From the NCBI GenBank assembly GCA_903929795.1, contig CAIYWC010000033.1, positions 12,724 through 76,723 on the forward strand: a stretch of 64,000 nucleotides of DNA. Direction: 5' to 3'. The position numbers and the translations under genes are program-made. The DNA is from an uncultured Myxococcales bacterium. Lineage in GTDB: Bacteria > Myxococcota_A > UBA9042. The notes below the pieces were generated by a model. The model ran no database searches and was not told the origin of the DNA. It saw only the letters and a list, made by a program, of their open reading frames with translations. Of this stretch, positions 1 to 9,520 are shown piece after piece; within the stretch, counting starts at the first letter, position 1, and each line of letters starts with the position of its first letter.

Positions 1-2980
1 CCTGCGTGCACGGGTTGCCGTCGGTGCAAAACCGGACGCAGGTGCCGTTTGCGCATGCCGTGAAGGGGTCCTGGCAGTCCGTGGCGATGGCGCACGGCGG
101 CGGCGGCGTGGGCAGGACTGGCGCGACGCTTTGGCAGCCCTTTGCGGCATCGCAGCTGTCCACCATGCACGGATTGCCGGTGCCGCAGGTGATTGCCGTG
201 CCAACGCACGCGCCGCTTTGGCATTTGTCGCCCACGGTGCAGACGCTGCTGTCGTCGCAGGGCAAGCTGTTGTTGGCATGGCCACAGGTGCCGCCGCTGC
301 AGCTGTCCGTGGTGCAGAGGTTGCCGTCGTCGCACGGCATGGGCGTGCCCGCACACGCGGAGCTGGCGCAGAGGTCGTTGATTGTGCATGGGTTGCCATC
401 GCTGCACGCGCTGGTGTTGGCGACGTACTGGCAGCCTCTGACCGGGTCGCAGGAATCCGTCGTGCACGGATTGGCGTCGTTGCACGTGAGCGTGCCACCG
501 GCGAGACACGTGCCCGCGCTGCAGGCGTCATTGGGCGTGCAGACCGAGTTGTCCGCGTTGCAGCTCAAGCCGTTGTTTTGCGCGACCAGGCTGCAGACGC
601 CGCTGGTCGGGTTGCAGGTGTTTTTGGCGCAGAACGTGTCGCTGACGGTGCTGCAGGTGATGATCGTCGAGGGCTTGACCTTGCAGTTGTACGGCAGGTT
701 GCCGAGGTCACAAAAGAGCGTGCCGTTGCAGAGGTTGCCGTCCTCTTGGCCGGCGCAATCGGCGTCCTTGGTGCAGGTGCACGTGTTGGTGCCCGAGACG
801 CAGACGCTGTTGGCGCAGCTGTCGCCGGTCGTGCACGTGTTGCCGTCGTCGCAAGCACCGGCGGCGGGCGCGTGCGTGCAGCCGGCGTTCACGTCGCAGC
901 TGTCGGTCGTGCACACGTTGCTGTCGTCGCAAAATACCGTCGCGGTGACGGCTGAGCCCAGACAAACGCCGCCGGCGCAGGTGTCATTGACGGTGCAGGC
1001 ATTCGCGTCGTTGCAAGCGATTGTGTTCGGCGCATAGACGCAGCCTTTCGCGGGGTTGCACGCGTCGCTGGTGCACACGTTGTTGTCCGTGCACGCCACC
1101 GCTGTGCCGACGCAGACGCCGCTCGCGTCGCAGGTGTCGCCCTGGCTGCAGGCGTTGCCGTCGTCGCAGGTCACCGCGATTTGGATGGCGAAGGTGCAGT
1201 TCCCCGTGCTGGCGTTGCAGGAATCCGCGGTGCAGGCGTTGCCGTCATTGCACACGGTCTTGACGCCGGGTACGCAGCTGCCGCCGCCGCAGACGTCGCC
1301 GACCGTGCACGCGTTGCCGTCGGTGCAAGCGCTTGAATTGTTGATGTTTTGACAGCCAAGCACTTTGTCGCAGCTGTCCGAGGTGCAGACTTGGCCGTCG
1401 TCGCAGTTCAGCGCCGCCCCGGGCGTGCACGCGCCGCTCTTGCACGTGTCGCCGGAGGTGCAGACCGAGCCGTCCGCGTCGCACCCAGCGCCCTCTTGCT
1501 GCGCGACAAAGCCGCACAAGCCGGTCAACACGCTGCACACGGACTTCGCGCAGGTCGTGTCGTTGCTCGCGTCGCAGACCACGATCGTCTTGGCGGAGAC
1601 CACGCACTTGTACGGCGCGCTGCTCAGGTCGCACATGAGCGTGCCGTTGCACGGGTTGCCGTCCTCTTTGACCGCGCAATCGCTGTCTTTTTTGCACTCG
1701 CAGGCGCTGACGCCCGAGACGCATTTGCCGCCGCCGCACGCGTCGCCGACGGTGCAGGGCAGGCCGTCGTCGCAAGTCGCGGTGTTGTTGGCGTGCGTGC
1801 AGCCGTTCACGGGGTCGCACGCGTCGTCCGTGCAGACGTTGCTGTCATTGCAAAATGCGGTCGCAGCGATCGCCAGGCCGACGCACGAACCGCCCTGGCA
1901 GGTGTCGCCCGGCGTGCATTTGTTGCCGTCGTCGCAGGCCACGTAGTTGAAGACGTGGACGCAGCCGGTCGCGCTGTCGCACGCGTCGTCCGTGCACGCA
2001 TTGCCGTCGTTGCACGGATCCTTGGCGCCGGGAACGCAGGCGCTGGCGCCGCACGCGTCGTTCAGCGTGCAGATGTCGCCGTCGTCGCAGGTGATCGCGT
2101 TGGGCAGGAAAACGCAGCCGCTGGCTGGGCCACAGCTGTCGTCGGTGCAGGCGTTGTCGTCATTGCAGACGGTCACGTCCAGCGCCGCGCAGACGGTTTC
2201 GGTGCAGTGGTCGCCCAGCGTGCACGCGTTGTTGTCCGAGCAGGTCGCGTCGGTGGCAAGGTGAACGCACGCGTTGCTGACGTCGCAGGTGTCCAGCGTG
2301 CAGGCGTTGCCGTCGTCGCAGCCGGCGCCGGGGATGAAATAGCAGCCCGTCTTGGGGTCGCACTTGTCCGCGGAGCACGCGTCGCCGTCGTTGCAGACCA
2401 GCAGCGACTCGCCGGTGCATTTGCCGCCGGTGCACGTGTCGTCCAGCGTGCACGCGTTTGCATCGTCGCATGGACCGGACTTGGCGACCTGGGTGCAGAC
2501 GCCGCCCACGCACGCCGCGACCTGGCACGCGCCCAACTGGGCGGCGGTCCATTTTCCGGCACAAGCGGTCGACGTCACGCATTCCGGCGGTGGCACATCG
2601 GGGCCGGCATCCACGTCCGCGGCATCGCTGCCATCGGCCGCATCGGCATCCGCCGCGGCATCCGAGCCTGCCGCATCCGAGCCTGCCGCATCCGCGTCCG
2701 CTGCATCGGTTCCGGCATCCGCCGCGTCGGCGTCGGCTTTGGCATCGATGGCGTCTGTTGTTCCGGCCAGTGTGTCATTGCCAGACTCATCCAATACCGC
2801 GACATCATTGGTATCCTGACTATCCGCCAGCGTTTGGGCATCCTCGCGTTCAGATTGGGTCGCGTACTTGAACGCATCCAACGCCGGCACGCCGACGCAC
2901 CCGGCCAGCGCCAGCGCCATCAGCGGCAGCAGCCCGAGCGGCGAACGCGTGCGCTCTGTCATTTGCGTGCCTTGGCCCAT
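1..2980 (-). CDS. Large Cys-rich repeat lipoprotein (Dictyostelium-type CDDGNxCTxDxC repeats), partial: 3' end runs off the window
   Basis: Not in the ORF track because no stop lies in the window. The minus frame is open from ATG 2980 (GAGG RBS; alternative ATG 2962) to base 2. N-terminus MGQGTQMTERTRSPLGLLPLMALALAG-C is a lipobox, followed by an Asp/Ala-rich linker and >20 CDDGNACT..D.C units. The + strand ORFs here are antisense shadows. Confidence 0.9.
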   Translation of the reverse strand, partial: MGQGTQMTERTRSPLGLLPLMALALAGCVGVPALDAFKYATQSEREDAQTLADSQDTNDVAVLDESGNDTLAGTTDAIDAKADADAADAGTDAADADAAGSDAAGSDAAADADAADGSDAADVDAGPDVPPPECVTSTACAGKWTAAQLGACQVAACVGGVCTQVAKSGPCDDANACTLDDTCTGGKCTGESLLVCNDGDACSADKCDPKTGCYFIPGAGCDDGNACTLDTCDVSNACVHLATDATCSDNNACTLGDHCTETVCAALDVTVCNDDNACTDDSCGPASGCVFLPNAITCDDGDICTLNDACGASACVPGAKDPCNDGNACTDDACDSATGCVHVFNYVACDDGNKCTPGDTCQGGSCVGLAIAATAFCNDSNVCTDDACDPVNGCTHANNTATCDDGLPCTVGDACGGGKCVSGVSACECKKDSDCAVKEDGNPCNGTLMCDLSSAPYKCVVSAKTIVVCDASNDTTCAKSVCSVLTGLCGFVAQQEGAGCDADGSVCTSGDTCKSGACTPGAALNCDDGQVCTSDSCDKVLGCQNINNSSACTDGNACTVGDVCGGGSCVPGVKTVCNDGNACTADSCNASTGNCTFAIQIAVTCDDGNACSQGDTCDASGVCVGTAVACTDNNVCTSDACNPAKGCVYAPNTIACNDANACTVNDTCAGGVCLGSAVTATVFCDDSNVCTTDSCDVNAGCTHAPAAGACDDGNTCTTGDSCANSVCVSGTNTCTCTKDADCAGQEDGNLCNGTLFCDLGNLPYNCKVKPSTIITCSTVSDTFCAKNTCNPTSGVCSLVAQNNGLSCNADNSVCTPNDACSAGTCLAGGTLTCNDANPCTTDSCDPVRGCQYVANTSACSDGNPCTINDLCASSACAGTPMPCDDGNLCTTDSCSGGTCGHANNSLPCDDSSVCTVGDKCQSGACVGTAITCGTGNPCMVDSCDAAKGCQSVAPVLPTPPPPCAIATDCQDPFTACANGTCVRFCTDGNPCTQ

Positions 2981-2990
2981 GCTGTGCCTC

Positions 2991-4121
2991 TCAGAATCGA
3001 ACTGCGACGCCCGCGCCCGTCCAGCTTGGCCCCGGCACGATCGCCACGGCGTTGGGAGGCGACGTCAGCAACCACCACGCGCCCACGCCCGCAGCGGCCG
3101 CGCCCACGCCCGTCATCGCCCAGGCCACGCCCACGCGCGCGTTGATCGAGGATGCCTGTGCCTGCGCTTCTTGCGACGACAGCCCGGTGATTTGGCCGCT
3201 GGCATCCTTCTGAATCCCCTTGTTATACGCGGAGATATCCGGTGTCGTCGCGGCGTAGAGCGCCAAACCGGCGATCGCGAGCACCGTGCCGCCGCCCACC
3301 ATCGCCCAGCCCGGCCAGCGCGGCTTGGTCAGCTCAGCTGGCTTGGCGATGTCGTTCGAGCCACCGCCGACCACCGCGTCCGGCCGCGGCAGCACCGGCG
3401 GATGCGGGATCGGGGCAATCTTGGGCTCCGGCTTCGGCTCGGGCTTGGGCTCCGGCTTGGGCTCGGCGTCCTCCTTGGCTTTGCGCGTCATCGAATCCAG
3501 TCGCGCCTGCGCCTGATTGCGGTCCGGCGCGTCCGCCGGCGCCTTAGCCAGATAATCGCGCAGCAGCCGCTCGGCGGCGGCCAGATCGTGGGCCGATTGC
3601 TCCGCCACCGCGGCTTTGAACAGCAGCACAAGCTCATTGGGCGCCAGCTTGAACGCGTCCAGGTACAGGCCAGCGGCCACCTTGGGATCGTCGCGCTGCG
3701 TGCGCTCAGCCTCCGCGACGCGCGACTGCACCTTGGCGCGCTCCAGCTCAGCCAAATACTCCTTGGCGCGCTTTTGCCGTTCAGGATCAGCACCTTCCGT
3801 CGCCAGAAACTGCTGGTACAGCTCGACGGCCTTGTCGTTCAGCGCGCCCAGATGCGCCGACCGCGCGGCGCCAAACAGGAAATCCGGCTTGGGATCCGTG
3901 CGCCACGCGGCGAGGTAAAACTCCGATGCGCGCGCAAAGTCCCCGGTTTCAAAGGATTTTGTCGCTTGTTTGGCCAGCGTTACCGCCATGCGCGCGTTGT
4001 CAGCCGCGTGTCCAGCCGGCGCGAGCGTGAAGGCGACCGCCAGCGCGACGAATAGGCGGCGCAGCGGCCGCGAATCGAGCGACGCGAACCGTGGCGCCGG
4101 TAGTGCAGTTTCGGTAGTCAC
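2991..4121 (-). CDS. Secreted TPR-repeat protein with EPKP linker and C-terminal hydrophobic/beta segment
   Basis: Probable GTG start at 4121. Signal peptide (RRLFVALAVAFTLAPAGHA), TPR-like helices (GDFARASEFYLAAW, AAGLYLDAFKL), (EPKP)4 linker, and C-terminal ...TGAGVAVRF typical of myxobacterial TPR/PEGA-type envelope proteins. Confidence 0.75.
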   Translation of the reverse strand: MTTETALPAPRFASLDSRPLRRLFVALAVAFTLAPAGHAADNARMAVTLAKQATKSFETGDFARASEFYLAAWRTDPKPDFLFGAARSAHLGALNDKAVELYQQFLATEGADPERQKRAKEYLAELERAKVQSRVAEAERTQRDDPKVAAGLYLDAFKLAPNELVLLFKAAVAEQSAHDLAAAERLLRDYLAKAPADAPDRNQAQARLDSMTRKAKEDAEPKPEPKPEPKPEPKIAPIPHPPVLPRPDAVVGGGSNDIAKPAELTKPRWPGWAMVGGGTVLAIAGLALYAATTPDISAYNKGIQKDASGQITGLSSQEAQAQASSINARVGVAWAMTGVGAAAAGVGAWWLLTSPPNAVAIVPGPSWTGAGVAVRF

Positions 4122-4185
4122 GAGCCCAACCCCGCGTGCAGTGCGGCAGCGTTCGCCACGAGGGCGATACACCGTTCCGACCGGC

Positions 4186-4214
4186 ATAGTTGCGGCAACT
4201 GCGCACGGCGTCAA
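4186..4214 (-). promoter_or_regulatory. Putative sigma70-type promoter for the TPR gene
   Basis: TTGACG (4214-4209), 17-bp spacer, AACTAT (4191-4186). Confidence 0.4.
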
Positions 4215-4255
4215 GCCTTCACAAATCTCCACGCACACCGGCGTGCCGTGCGGGG

Positions 4256-4858
4256 CTACTGCGGCAGCAGTTTTTCGATTTGCGCGGTGAGCTGCGGGTC
4301 CAGCGGCTTGACCAGCGGTTCAAAGCGCGCGACGACGTTGCCGTTGGAGTTGACGAGAAACTTCGTGAAATTCCATTTGATTTCGCCGCGGAGTGCCGGA
4401 TTGATCTCCTCGGTCAGCGTCCGGTACAGCGGGCTCTTGTCGCCCAGCGCGCGGACTTTCTCGAACAGTGGAAAGCTGACCTGGTACTTGCTGCTGCAAA
4501 ACGTCTTGATCTCGTCGGCGCTGCCGGGCTCCTGGCCGCCAAAATCGTTGCAGGGAAAACCCAGCACGGTGAAGCCGCGGTTGGCGAATTTCTGTTGCAA
4601 AGCCTCAAGTTGCTCGTATTGCGGCGTTAAGCCACATTGGCTCGCGGTATTGACGATGAGCAACGTTTTGCCGCGGTAGCGCGACAGCGAGATCTCCTCG
4701 CCATCGATGGTTTTGACGGTGTGGTCGATCACTTTGTCTCCGGTGGAAGCGGCGGCGCCGGACGGGCTGGACGCGGGCGGTGGGGCGATCTTGACGTCGC
4801 TCCAGCTGCATGCGCTGGCGAGTGCGGCGGTGGCGAGGAACAAGGGCAACGTGCGCAT
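4256..4858 (-). CDS. gpx: Glutathione peroxidase family (Cys-type, probably thioredoxin-dependent) with lipoprotein signal
   Basis: Motifs IVNTASQCGLTPQY, LGFPCNDFGGQEPG and IKWNFTKFLV. ATG 4858 has a GGAG RBS. N-terminus MRTLPLFLATAALASA-C. Confidence 0.93.
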   Translation of the reverse strand: MRTLPLFLATAALASACSWSDVKIAPPPASSPSGAAASTGDKVIDHTVKTIDGEEISLSRYRGKTLLIVNTASQCGLTPQYEQLEALQQKFANRGFTVLGFPCNDFGGQEPGSADEIKTFCSSKYQVSFPLFEKVRALGDKSPLYRTLTEEINPALRGEIKWNFTKFLVNSNGNVVARFEPLVKPLDPQLTAQIEKLLPQ

Positions 4859-4976
4859 GGCGGCCTGTCTCCGCGAAAGGCGGCTCGCGGTGATGCTGCC
4901 GTAACCGCATGGGGCGCGCGAGATATGGCGCGACAAGCAATTGAAAAAGCGCATGAAAATGCCGCAGATTAGACGG

Positions 4977-6929
4977 TCACTGGATGCGAACGGGCAGAAT
5001 CACCATCGTGAAGCCGTCCCACTGCAGGCGCTTTTGCAGGGCAAATGCCGTCTGGTTGTGCAGCACGCCGTGCCACCATTGCTCGCGCCCGAACATCAGC
5101 TGGCCGGCAAAGAACGTCACGTCGTGCGTCTCGTCCGCCGCGCGCAGGCACAGCTGCTCCAGCTCCGCGACAACGTCCGTGCCGATCGCCGACATGCCCT
5201 TGGAACGCAAGCCCAGCGATTGGCCCAGCGCCACGTAGCGCGCCAACGTGTGGTCCACGCCTTCGCGGACGAGCGAGAGCTCGTGCTCGTCCTTGAGCGC
5301 CGCCGAATCCACGCCGCCGACCGCGATGAACACCGCGTTTTTGTAGTGGTTCGGAAAGGCGTGCAGCGCCGCGGTCAGCGTCTCGTGGCCGATGCCGTTG
5401 TAGCCGCCCACCAGGAGCACCGCGGTCGGTGCCACGGGCAGCAGCGGCTTGGGTTCTTCGTTCAGCAGCTCGACTTGCGGAACATGGCTGTCCAGCTCGG
5501 CCAGCTGGCTCGCGACGCGGTGATAGTGCCGGCGGATCGCCACGAACAGGCCGACCAGCGCCATCGTCACGAGCAGCGTGACCCAGCCGCCTTCCAGGAA
5601 TTTCTCGCTTGCCGTCACGCACAGGATCGCGGCGCAGAGCGTGAAACCCAACAAAAACAGCAGGGTGTCGCCCACGTGCCGTTCGTGGAAGGAGTGCTTG
5701 AGCATCCCGAGCATGGACAGCGAAAACGTCAGGAACACGTTGATGGAGTACATCACGACGAGCGCGCCGATGTCGCCGCGGGTGTACAGCAGCGCGGTCA
5801 GGGACGCGACGCCGATGAGCGCGATGCCATTTTGCGTAGTCAGCCGCTCCGACAGCGCGGCAAAACGCCGCGGCGCCCAGCCGTCCAGCGCCATGTTCGC
5901 CAGCACCCGCGGCCCGTCCAGGAAGCCGGCCTGCGCGCCGACGACCAGCAGCGCGCCTTCCGCCACCAGCGTGATCACCGAAAACGCTTTGCCGCCGGGC
6001 CAATGCGAAGTGATCTTCTCCGCCAGCACCGCGTTGAGCGTTTGGCCCTCCACCGGGTGCACGCCCGCCAGCAGGTAGGCGATCAACAGGCCGGCTGCCG
6101 TCGCCGCCAGCGAAGCCGCCATGTAGAGCATCGTCCGCCGCGCAGTTCGCGCCCGCGGCTCGCGCAGGATCGGCAGGCCGTTGGACACCGCCTCGATGCC
6201 GGTGTACGTGCCGCCGCCCAGCGACCACGCGCGGGCAAACAGCAAAAGCACGCCCATGACGCCCAGCGTCGAGCGGCTGTGATGCCAGCCTTCCGTGACT
6301 TGCTGCGTCAGCGGCAACCCTTGGTTATGAAAGAACAAACCTGTGACGATCAGCACGATGTGCGTCAGCAAGAACAGCAGGAACACGGGCACCAGCGGCA
6401 AAATCGCCTCGCGCACGCCGCGCAGGTTCAGCAGCGTCATGCCGACGACGATCGCGACCTCGCACGACAGCTTGATGCCCTGCCAGGACGGTGGCAAAAA
6501 GCTGAACAGCGCGTCGCCCGCCGCGGCAATGGACACCGTCACGGTCAGCACGTAGTCGACCAGGAGCGCGGAACCGGAGACCAGACCCGGCGTAGGGCCA
6601 AGCAGCTTGGTCGCCACGACGTAGCCGCCGCCGCCATTGGGAAACACAGCGATAATGCGCGTATAGGCGATCGAGATGATGAAGACCGTCAGCGCGGTCA
6701 TGGCCGCCATCGCGACGGCCAGCCAAGTGTGCTCGCCCAGCGCAGCGAACGCTTCCGGCGGACCATAGGCCGAGGACGACAAGCCGTCCGCGCCCAGGCC
6801 GACCCACGCCAGAAAGGGAATCAGCGAAAGCTGATGGAAAATCGAGCGATCCGCCAGATCGCGCGGCTTGCCCAGGAGCCAGCGGCGCAGGCGCGCACTG
6901 GCGGACTTATCGGGCGCAACCTCGGTCAT
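4977..6929 (-). CDS. kimA: APC-superfamily K+ transporter, KimA/YdaO-like
   Basis: About 12 TM segments. [11 protein letters not shown] has the D...Y spacing of KimA D36/Y43; also LLVDYVLTVTVS, TGIEAVSN and MYSINVFLTFSLS, plus a C-terminal cytoplasmic domain. Preceded by a c-di-AMP riboswitch. Confidence 0.8.
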   Translation of the reverse strand: MTEVAPDKSASARLRRWLLGKPRDLADRSIFHQLSLIPFLAWVGLGADGLSSSAYGPPEAFAALGEHTWLAVAMAAMTALTVFIISIAYTRIIAVFPNGGGGYVVATKLLGPTPGLVSGSALLVDYVLTVTVSIAAAGDALFSFLPPSWQGIKLSCEVAIVVGMTLLNLRGVREAILPLVPVFLLFLLTHIVLIVTGLFFHNQGLPLTQQVTEGWHHSRSTLGVMGVLLLFARAWSLGGGTYTGIEAVSNGLPILREPRARTARRTMLYMAASLAATAAGLLIAYLLAGVHPVEGQTLNAVLAEKITSHWPGGKAFSVITLVAEGALLVVGAQAGFLDGPRVLANMALDGWAPRRFAALSERLTTQNGIALIGVASLTALLYTRGDIGALVVMYSINVFLTFSLSMLGMLKHSFHERHVGDTLLFLLGFTLCAAILCVTASEKFLEGGWVTLLVTMALVGLFVAIRRHYHRVASQLAELDSHVPQVELLNEEPKPLLPVAPTAVLLVGGYNGIGHETLTAALHAFPNHYKNAVFIAVGGVDSAALKDEHELSLVREGVDHTLARYVALGQSLGLRSKGMSAIGTDVVAELEQLCLRAADETHDVTFFAGQLMFGREQWWHGVLHNQTAFALQKRLQWDGFTMVILPVRIQ

Positions 6930-7003
6930 CTTAGCCCCCACTCAAGGCACCGGCCAAACACGCAAACGGAGCTGCTGGGCCGGCCCATCTGGTCGGTGGC
7001 GAA

Positions 7004-7132
7004 CTCCTCGAAGCCTACGGGGTTAGCTGACGGGCTCGGACCGAGAAGTGTCCGTCCGGCGCAGGTTGGTCAGGCGCCGGATTAGCCCCAAAAAGTGGGT
7101 CCCCCGCTTCCGCGGAAGGCGGAACTCGGCCG
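7004..7132 (-). ncRNA. c-di-AMP riboswitch (ydaO-yuaA class)
   Basis: Minus strand reads GCCGAGTTCC...GCGGGGGACCCACTTTTTGGGGCTAATCC...TCCGAGCCCGTCAGCTAACCCCGTAGGC, matching the hallmark ydaO blocks. It sits in the 5' leader of a KimA-like gene. Confidence 0.92.
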
Positions 7133-7136
7133 GCGC

Positions 7137-7164
7137 ATTTTGCGCCCGGTTCAGCCAGCGTCAA
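7137..7164 (-). promoter_or_regulatory. Putative sigma70-type promoter directly upstream of the riboswitch
   Basis: TTGACG (7164-7159), 16-bp spacer, CAAAAT (7142-7137). This would start transcription at the riboswitch 5' end. Confidence 0.55.
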
Positions 7165-7225
7165 GGGGGTATCAAGGCGCGGGTGCAACTGCTTACAAAC
7201 AAAGCGTTCATTCGCGCGAGCGCTG

Positions 7226-9520
7226 TCAAAATGGCACGGAGATCACGCCAAAGGGCACAAAATCCTTGGGCACGCAGAGCTTGACCGGCGAGCCGACAAA
7301 GCTCGTGCATGGGCTGCTGGCGGGGCACGCCGGGAAGCCGACGCCGCACTGTTGGATGCATTCCGGCAGCGGGCTGCCCTTGATGCACAGCGCGTCAGGC
7401 GTGCAGCCCAGCGGGTCCTGAAGGCATTCCGAGTCAACGGGCATGCTGCCGGTCTTGAAGCAAAAAGCGTCGCCGCCACCCAGGTATTCGCACTTTTCGC
7501 CGGGCGCGCAGATGCTGGCGAATCCGCTGCAGGTTTGGGCGCAAAAGGCGCCGGGATTGGCCGCGGAGTCGCCCAGACAGACCAGACCCTTGGCGCACGC
7601 CCACGGTTGCTGGTAGCAGATGCCGTTCTTGGCGATGCCGCCGTTGGGCAAGCAGTAGCCGCCCCATTGGCCCTTGGCGCACCAGAGCTTTTGGCCGTTG
7701 ACGTCGACGGCCGGGCAGTCGCTGTCGGCGCTGCACTGCGTGGCGCAAAAGGGTGCGGGGCCTTCCTGGCCGACGCAGACCGCGCCGGTGACGCACGGCG
7801 CAGCCAGGCTGCACGTCGCGCCCTGGCCGCCGGCGCCGACGGGTTGGCACCACTGGCCGGATTGGCCGAAGTCGTCGCACGTAAAGCCGTTGGGGCAGGG
7901 CGCGCTGTCGCAATTCTCGAGGCACGACGCGTTCTTTTGCACGCCGTAGCTGGCGCACAGCGCGCCTTTTTCGCAACCCCACGGGTCGCCCACGCAGCTG
8001 CTGCCGACGCCCTTGCTGCCCGTGGGCCAGCAGACCCCCAAGCCGTCCTGGCCGTATGGCGTGCACCACGTGTTGCCCGGGCAGCTGGCGCTGGCGAGCG
8101 TGCATTGGGTCATGCATTGCCAGTTGGAGGCTGCGCCGACGCAGAACGCACCGGCCTCGCAGAGCGAGGAATTTCCTTTGCAGTCGGCACCTTGGCCCAG
8201 CGCGCCGTTGGGCTGGCAGCCGCTGTAGTCCTTGGTGTACACCGTGCAGACCGCGCCGGTGGGGCACGCGCTGCCATCCGTGCAAGCCTGCTGGCAAAAC
8301 GCCCCGGGGTTGTAGCCGTCGTAGCCGCCGTTGCAGTACAGGCCTTGCGCGCAAACGTACGGGTTGTCCGCGCACGGGGCGCCGTTGCTGCCGCTGCCTT
8401 TGGGGTAGCAGACGCCGCCCGATTCGCCGGGGTTCTTGACGCAATACGCGCTGCCGAGCGACGCGCAGTCGCCGTCGGCCATGCAGCCGGGTGCGCAGAC
8501 CGCGTCGCCGGTGCCAAAACCGACGCAAAACAGGCCCTTGGCGCACGAGAACCGATCGCCCGCGCAGTTGCCGCCCGCGCTTTGGCTGCCGTTGTGCTGG
8601 CAGATGCCCTGGGCGCCGTTGTAGACAAAGCACGATGAGCCGGCCGCGCACGCGCTGTCCGTCGTGCACGCGGTGGCGCAGTACGCGAGCGGGTCGCCCT
8701 TGGCATTTTCAATGCAAAACGCGTACTTGCCGCAGCCGCCCAACGTGTCCTGTGCGCACGGGCTGCCGTCCGCGACGCCGGGCGTGAAAGGCAGGCAGCC
8801 GCCGCCGCCGGGAAAGACGTTGCAAGTCGTACCCTTGGGGCAGCTGGGGTCGTTGAGCGCGGCGCACGTCTGCACGCACTGGGAGGCGCCGCTGGTCTGG
8901 TAGCACCAGCTGGCGTCGCCGCTGCAGTCCGATTGGCCGCCCTTGGCGCAGTCGCCGCCGACGGGCTGGTTCTGCGTGCCGCAGTGCGTGGCGCCGGGCT
9001 GCTTCAAGCAATACGATTCCTTTTGATTTCCCGTGCCATAGCTGACGCAGCAGACGAGGTCGCTCGCCGGGATGCCGCCGCAATCGCTGCTCTTCGTGCA
9101 GCCGTAGGTCGTGCAATACGCGTCCGAGCTGCCGGCGCCCGCGCAGAACGCGCCGTTGGGGCAGTCGGCGATCGTCTGGCAAAAGCCGCCGAGTGCGGCG
9201 GGTTGCTTGGCCGCATCGCTGTCGCTCTTGGCGTCGCTGTCGGCGCCGGTCACGCTGTCGCCCGCGCTGCTGTCCTCGTCGGTCGCGGTGGCGTCGGGGC
9301 CGATCCACGCCTGGGCGTCTGCGCTCCACACCCAGCCGTCCGGCGCGTTGGCGTCCTGGACGAATTGCCAGCCGTCGCTCAGCGCGCTGCTGTCCAGACT
9401 GCCGATCGCGCCAGCGTCCGCGACCGCTTGCGCCGCCACGGGCTGATCCTCGCCACAGCCGACAGCCACAAGAAGCGCGGCGCCCATCGCCCACATCCGC
9501 CACGCCGCGCGTCCCTTCAT
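7226..9520 (-). CDS. Cys-rich lipoprotein with about 10 tandem ~60-aa eight-Cys repeats
   Basis: ATG 9520 has a GGAGG RBS. MKGRAAWRMWAMGAALLVAVG-C lipobox, Asp/Ser/Ala linker, then repeats such as GGNCAGDRFSCAKGLFCVGFGTGDAVCAPGCMADGDCASLGSAYCVKNPGESGGVCYPKG. The ORF-track extension to 10003 is antisense to the cytochrome c gene. Confidence 0.88.
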   Translation of the reverse strand: MKGRAAWRMWAMGAALLVAVGCGEDQPVAAQAVADAGAIGSLDSSALSDGWQFVQDANAPDGWVWSADAQAWIGPDATATDEDSSAGDSVTGADSDAKSDSDAAKQPAALGGFCQTIADCPNGAFCAGAGSSDAYCTTYGCTKSSDCGGIPASDLVCCVSYGTGNQKESYCLKQPGATHCGTQNQPVGGDCAKGGQSDCSGDASWCYQTSGASQCVQTCAALNDPSCPKGTTCNVFPGGGGCLPFTPGVADGSPCAQDTLGGCGKYAFCIENAKGDPLAYCATACTTDSACAAGSSCFVYNGAQGICQHNGSQSAGGNCAGDRFSCAKGLFCVGFGTGDAVCAPGCMADGDCASLGSAYCVKNPGESGGVCYPKGSGSNGAPCADNPYVCAQGLYCNGGYDGYNPGAFCQQACTDGSACPTGAVCTVYTKDYSGCQPNGALGQGADCKGNSSLCEAGAFCVGAASNWQCMTQCTLASASCPGNTWCTPYGQDGLGVCWPTGSKGVGSSCVGDPWGCEKGALCASYGVQKNASCLENCDSAPCPNGFTCDDFGQSGQWCQPVGAGGQGATCSLAAPCVTGAVCVGQEGPAPFCATQCSADSDCPAVDVNGQKLWCAKGQWGGYCLPNGGIAKNGICYQQPWACAKGLVCLGDSAANPGAFCAQTCSGFASICAPGEKCEYLGGGDAFCFKTGSMPVDSECLQDPLGCTPDALCIKGSPLPECIQQCGVGFPACPASSPCTSFVGSPVKLCVPKDFVPFGVISVPF

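Noticed and set aside
1-2980. Periodic DNA repeats resembling a CRISPR array
   Set aside because: The periodicity is in-frame coding repeat (CDDGNxCT) with degenerate third positions; no constant repeat/unique spacer pattern and no cas genes.
4256-4858. Selenocysteine in the glutathione peroxidase
   Set aside because: The peroxidatic codon is TGT (Cys); there is no in-frame TGA.
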